Assembly: GCA_002716355.1 (NCBI GenBank)
Contig: PBAU01000016.1
Span: 1-24,223, forward strand
Direction: 5' to 3'
Length of the DNA stretch: 24,223 bases
Origin: a bacterium
GTDB taxonomy: Bacteria > UBP7 > UBA6624
Under the pieces are notes generated by a model. That model was not told where the DNA came from and did not search any database. It saw nothing but the letters and a program-made list of their open reading frames with translations. Position numbers and translations under genes: made by a program. This document shows positions 23,483-24,223 of this stretch, one piece after another. Position 1 is the first letter of the stretch. Each line of letters begins with the position of its first letter.

Positions 23483-24223
23483 ATGGATATTGCAACAATA
23501 TTTGGATTAATTAGCGGTACAGCCCTAATTGTTTTTTCCATGTTTTTAGAAGCCTCTAAAGGGGGCATCTCTATGCTTAAATTTTGGAGTCCATCTAGTA
23601 TAATGATTGTTTTAGGAGGTACTATTGCAGCAACCTCTGTTGCATTTAGATTACATGAAGTTCGTAGAGTATTAGTTATTACAAAATTTGCATTTCAAAA
23701 ACCTAAATTTGTTTTACATGAGCTAGTACGAGATATTATTGACCTTGCAAAAAAACAAAAAGAGGGAGGCCCAGGTGTTTTAGAAAGTGAATTAGCAAAT
23801 ATTAAGTATCCCTTTTTACAAGATGGCGTAGCATTTTTAACTCAAGGCTTAACGCTTGAACAAGTACGTGAAATATTAGAACAGCGTGAAAACTTTAGAT
23901 ATAAAAGAGAGCAACATGAGGCAGATTTAATGAAGACAATGGGAACATATGCCCCTGCTTTTGGTATGGTGGGTACATTAATTGGACTAGTATTTATGTT
24001 GTTTGGCATGGGTGGCGAAGATGGTAGTGGAGGAGGTGGAATTGGTAATATTGGACCTTCTATGGGAGTGGCATTAATTACTACATTTTATGGTACTATA
24101 TTAGCAAATTTAATTTTTAATCCATTTGCTGAAAAAATCAAATCTAGAAATAAAGAAAATGTACAGGCCTATCAGTTAATGATTGAAGGAGTTTGTTTAT
24201 TACATCAAAAAAAACACCCTTTA
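23483..24223 (+). CDS. motA: MotA/PomA-type stator protein (proton or sodium channel subunit), 247 aa seen; the 3' end runs off the right edge
   Basis: It is absent from the ORF track because it is open at the window edge. The SD AAGGAG (23472-23477) lies 5 nt before the ATG. It has a 4-TM layout with a cytoplasmic loop of about 100 aa. Motifs MDIATIFGLISG, YAPAFGMVGTLIGLVFML and IGPSMGVALITTFYGTILANLIFNPFAEKI closely resemble PomA/MotA rather than TolQ/ExbB. Confidence 0.85.
   Translation, partial: MDIATIFGLISGTALIVFSMFLEASKGGISMLKFWSPSSIMIVLGGTIAATSVAFRLHEVRRVLVITKFAFQKPKFVLHELVRDIIDLAKKQKEGGPGVLESELANIKYPFLQDGVAFLTQGLTLEQVREILEQRENFRYKREQHEADLMKTMGTYAPAFGMVGTLIGLVFMLFGMGGEDGSGGGGIGNIGPSMGVALITTFYGTILANLIFNPFAEKIKSRNKENVQAYQLMIEGVCLLHQKKHPL

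Noticed and set aside
23483-24223. Whether the MotA-like gene could be ZorA of a Zorya anti-phage system or TolQ/ExbB.
   Set aside because: The sequence matches flagellar-type PomA/MotA motifs throughout, with 4 TMs and a ~100-aa cytoplasmic loop. TolQ/ExbB have 3 TMs and different motifs. Nothing ZorA-specific is visible, and the C-terminus where ZorA's long tail would be is outside the window, so there is no positive evidence.
1-24223. Alternative genetic code (TGA recoding), CRISPR arrays, tRNA/rRNA genes, IS elements or integrases.
   Set aside because: TGA terminates well-supported genes such as nadA and the first surface protein. All intergenic gaps are 134 nt or shorter and contain no cloverleaf-like or direct-repeat/spacer structure. 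No ORF shows transposase or recombinase motifs.

Overview
This is an AT-rich (roughly one-third G+C by eye), very tightly packed bacterial chromosomal segment. It uses the standard code (TGA serves as a stop at 14019-14021 and 16710-16712). I saw no transposase, integrase, CRISPR array, tRNA or rRNA.

Layout:
- 1-11669, all minus strand: the classic dnaA/rpmH neighbourhood. It runs mfd (partial, open at the left edge), mnmG, mnmE, yidC, rnpA, rpmH (46 aa, too short for the ORF track), queF, a 78-aa secreted polybasic ORF with its own hairpin terminator, and a 109-aa ssb lacking any C-terminal tail. An OmpR-type response regulator and histidine kinase pair sits directly behind dnaA, where dnaN usually is.
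- About 11670-11900: gene orientation flips. This short AT-rich gap carries one DnaA-box-like 9-mer.
- 11754-19113, plus strand: a 48-aa membrane ORF, a membrane-anchored glycerophosphodiester phosphodiesterase, and two large secreted mosaic proteins joined by start/stop overlaps to nadA-nadC-nadB.
- 19098-21057, minus strand: panD-panB-panC. It converges on nadB and overlaps it by 16 nt.
- 21192-24223, plus strand: two overlapping secreted proteins (one Lys/Ala-rich, one beta-rich with a coiled coil and TPR), then a PomA/MotA-type stator gene that is open at the right edge.

Best candidates for something undescribed:
1. The tandem pair of secreted proteins at 12756-15801. Between them they combine a 26-Cys DECGVC/LNR-like region, cadherin-like repeats, an exported pentapeptide-repeat helix, a DUF5011-like Ig domain and single dockerin-like C-terminal modules. 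The second gene is broken by a 1-nt deficit in a C5T6 tract.
2. The dnaA / two-component system / tail-less ssb arrangement.
3. The secreted TPR/coiled-coil pair directly upstream of the stator gene.

Nothing matches a known defence, toxin-antitoxin or retroelement system. All family assignments come from motif recognition by eye, not from searches.
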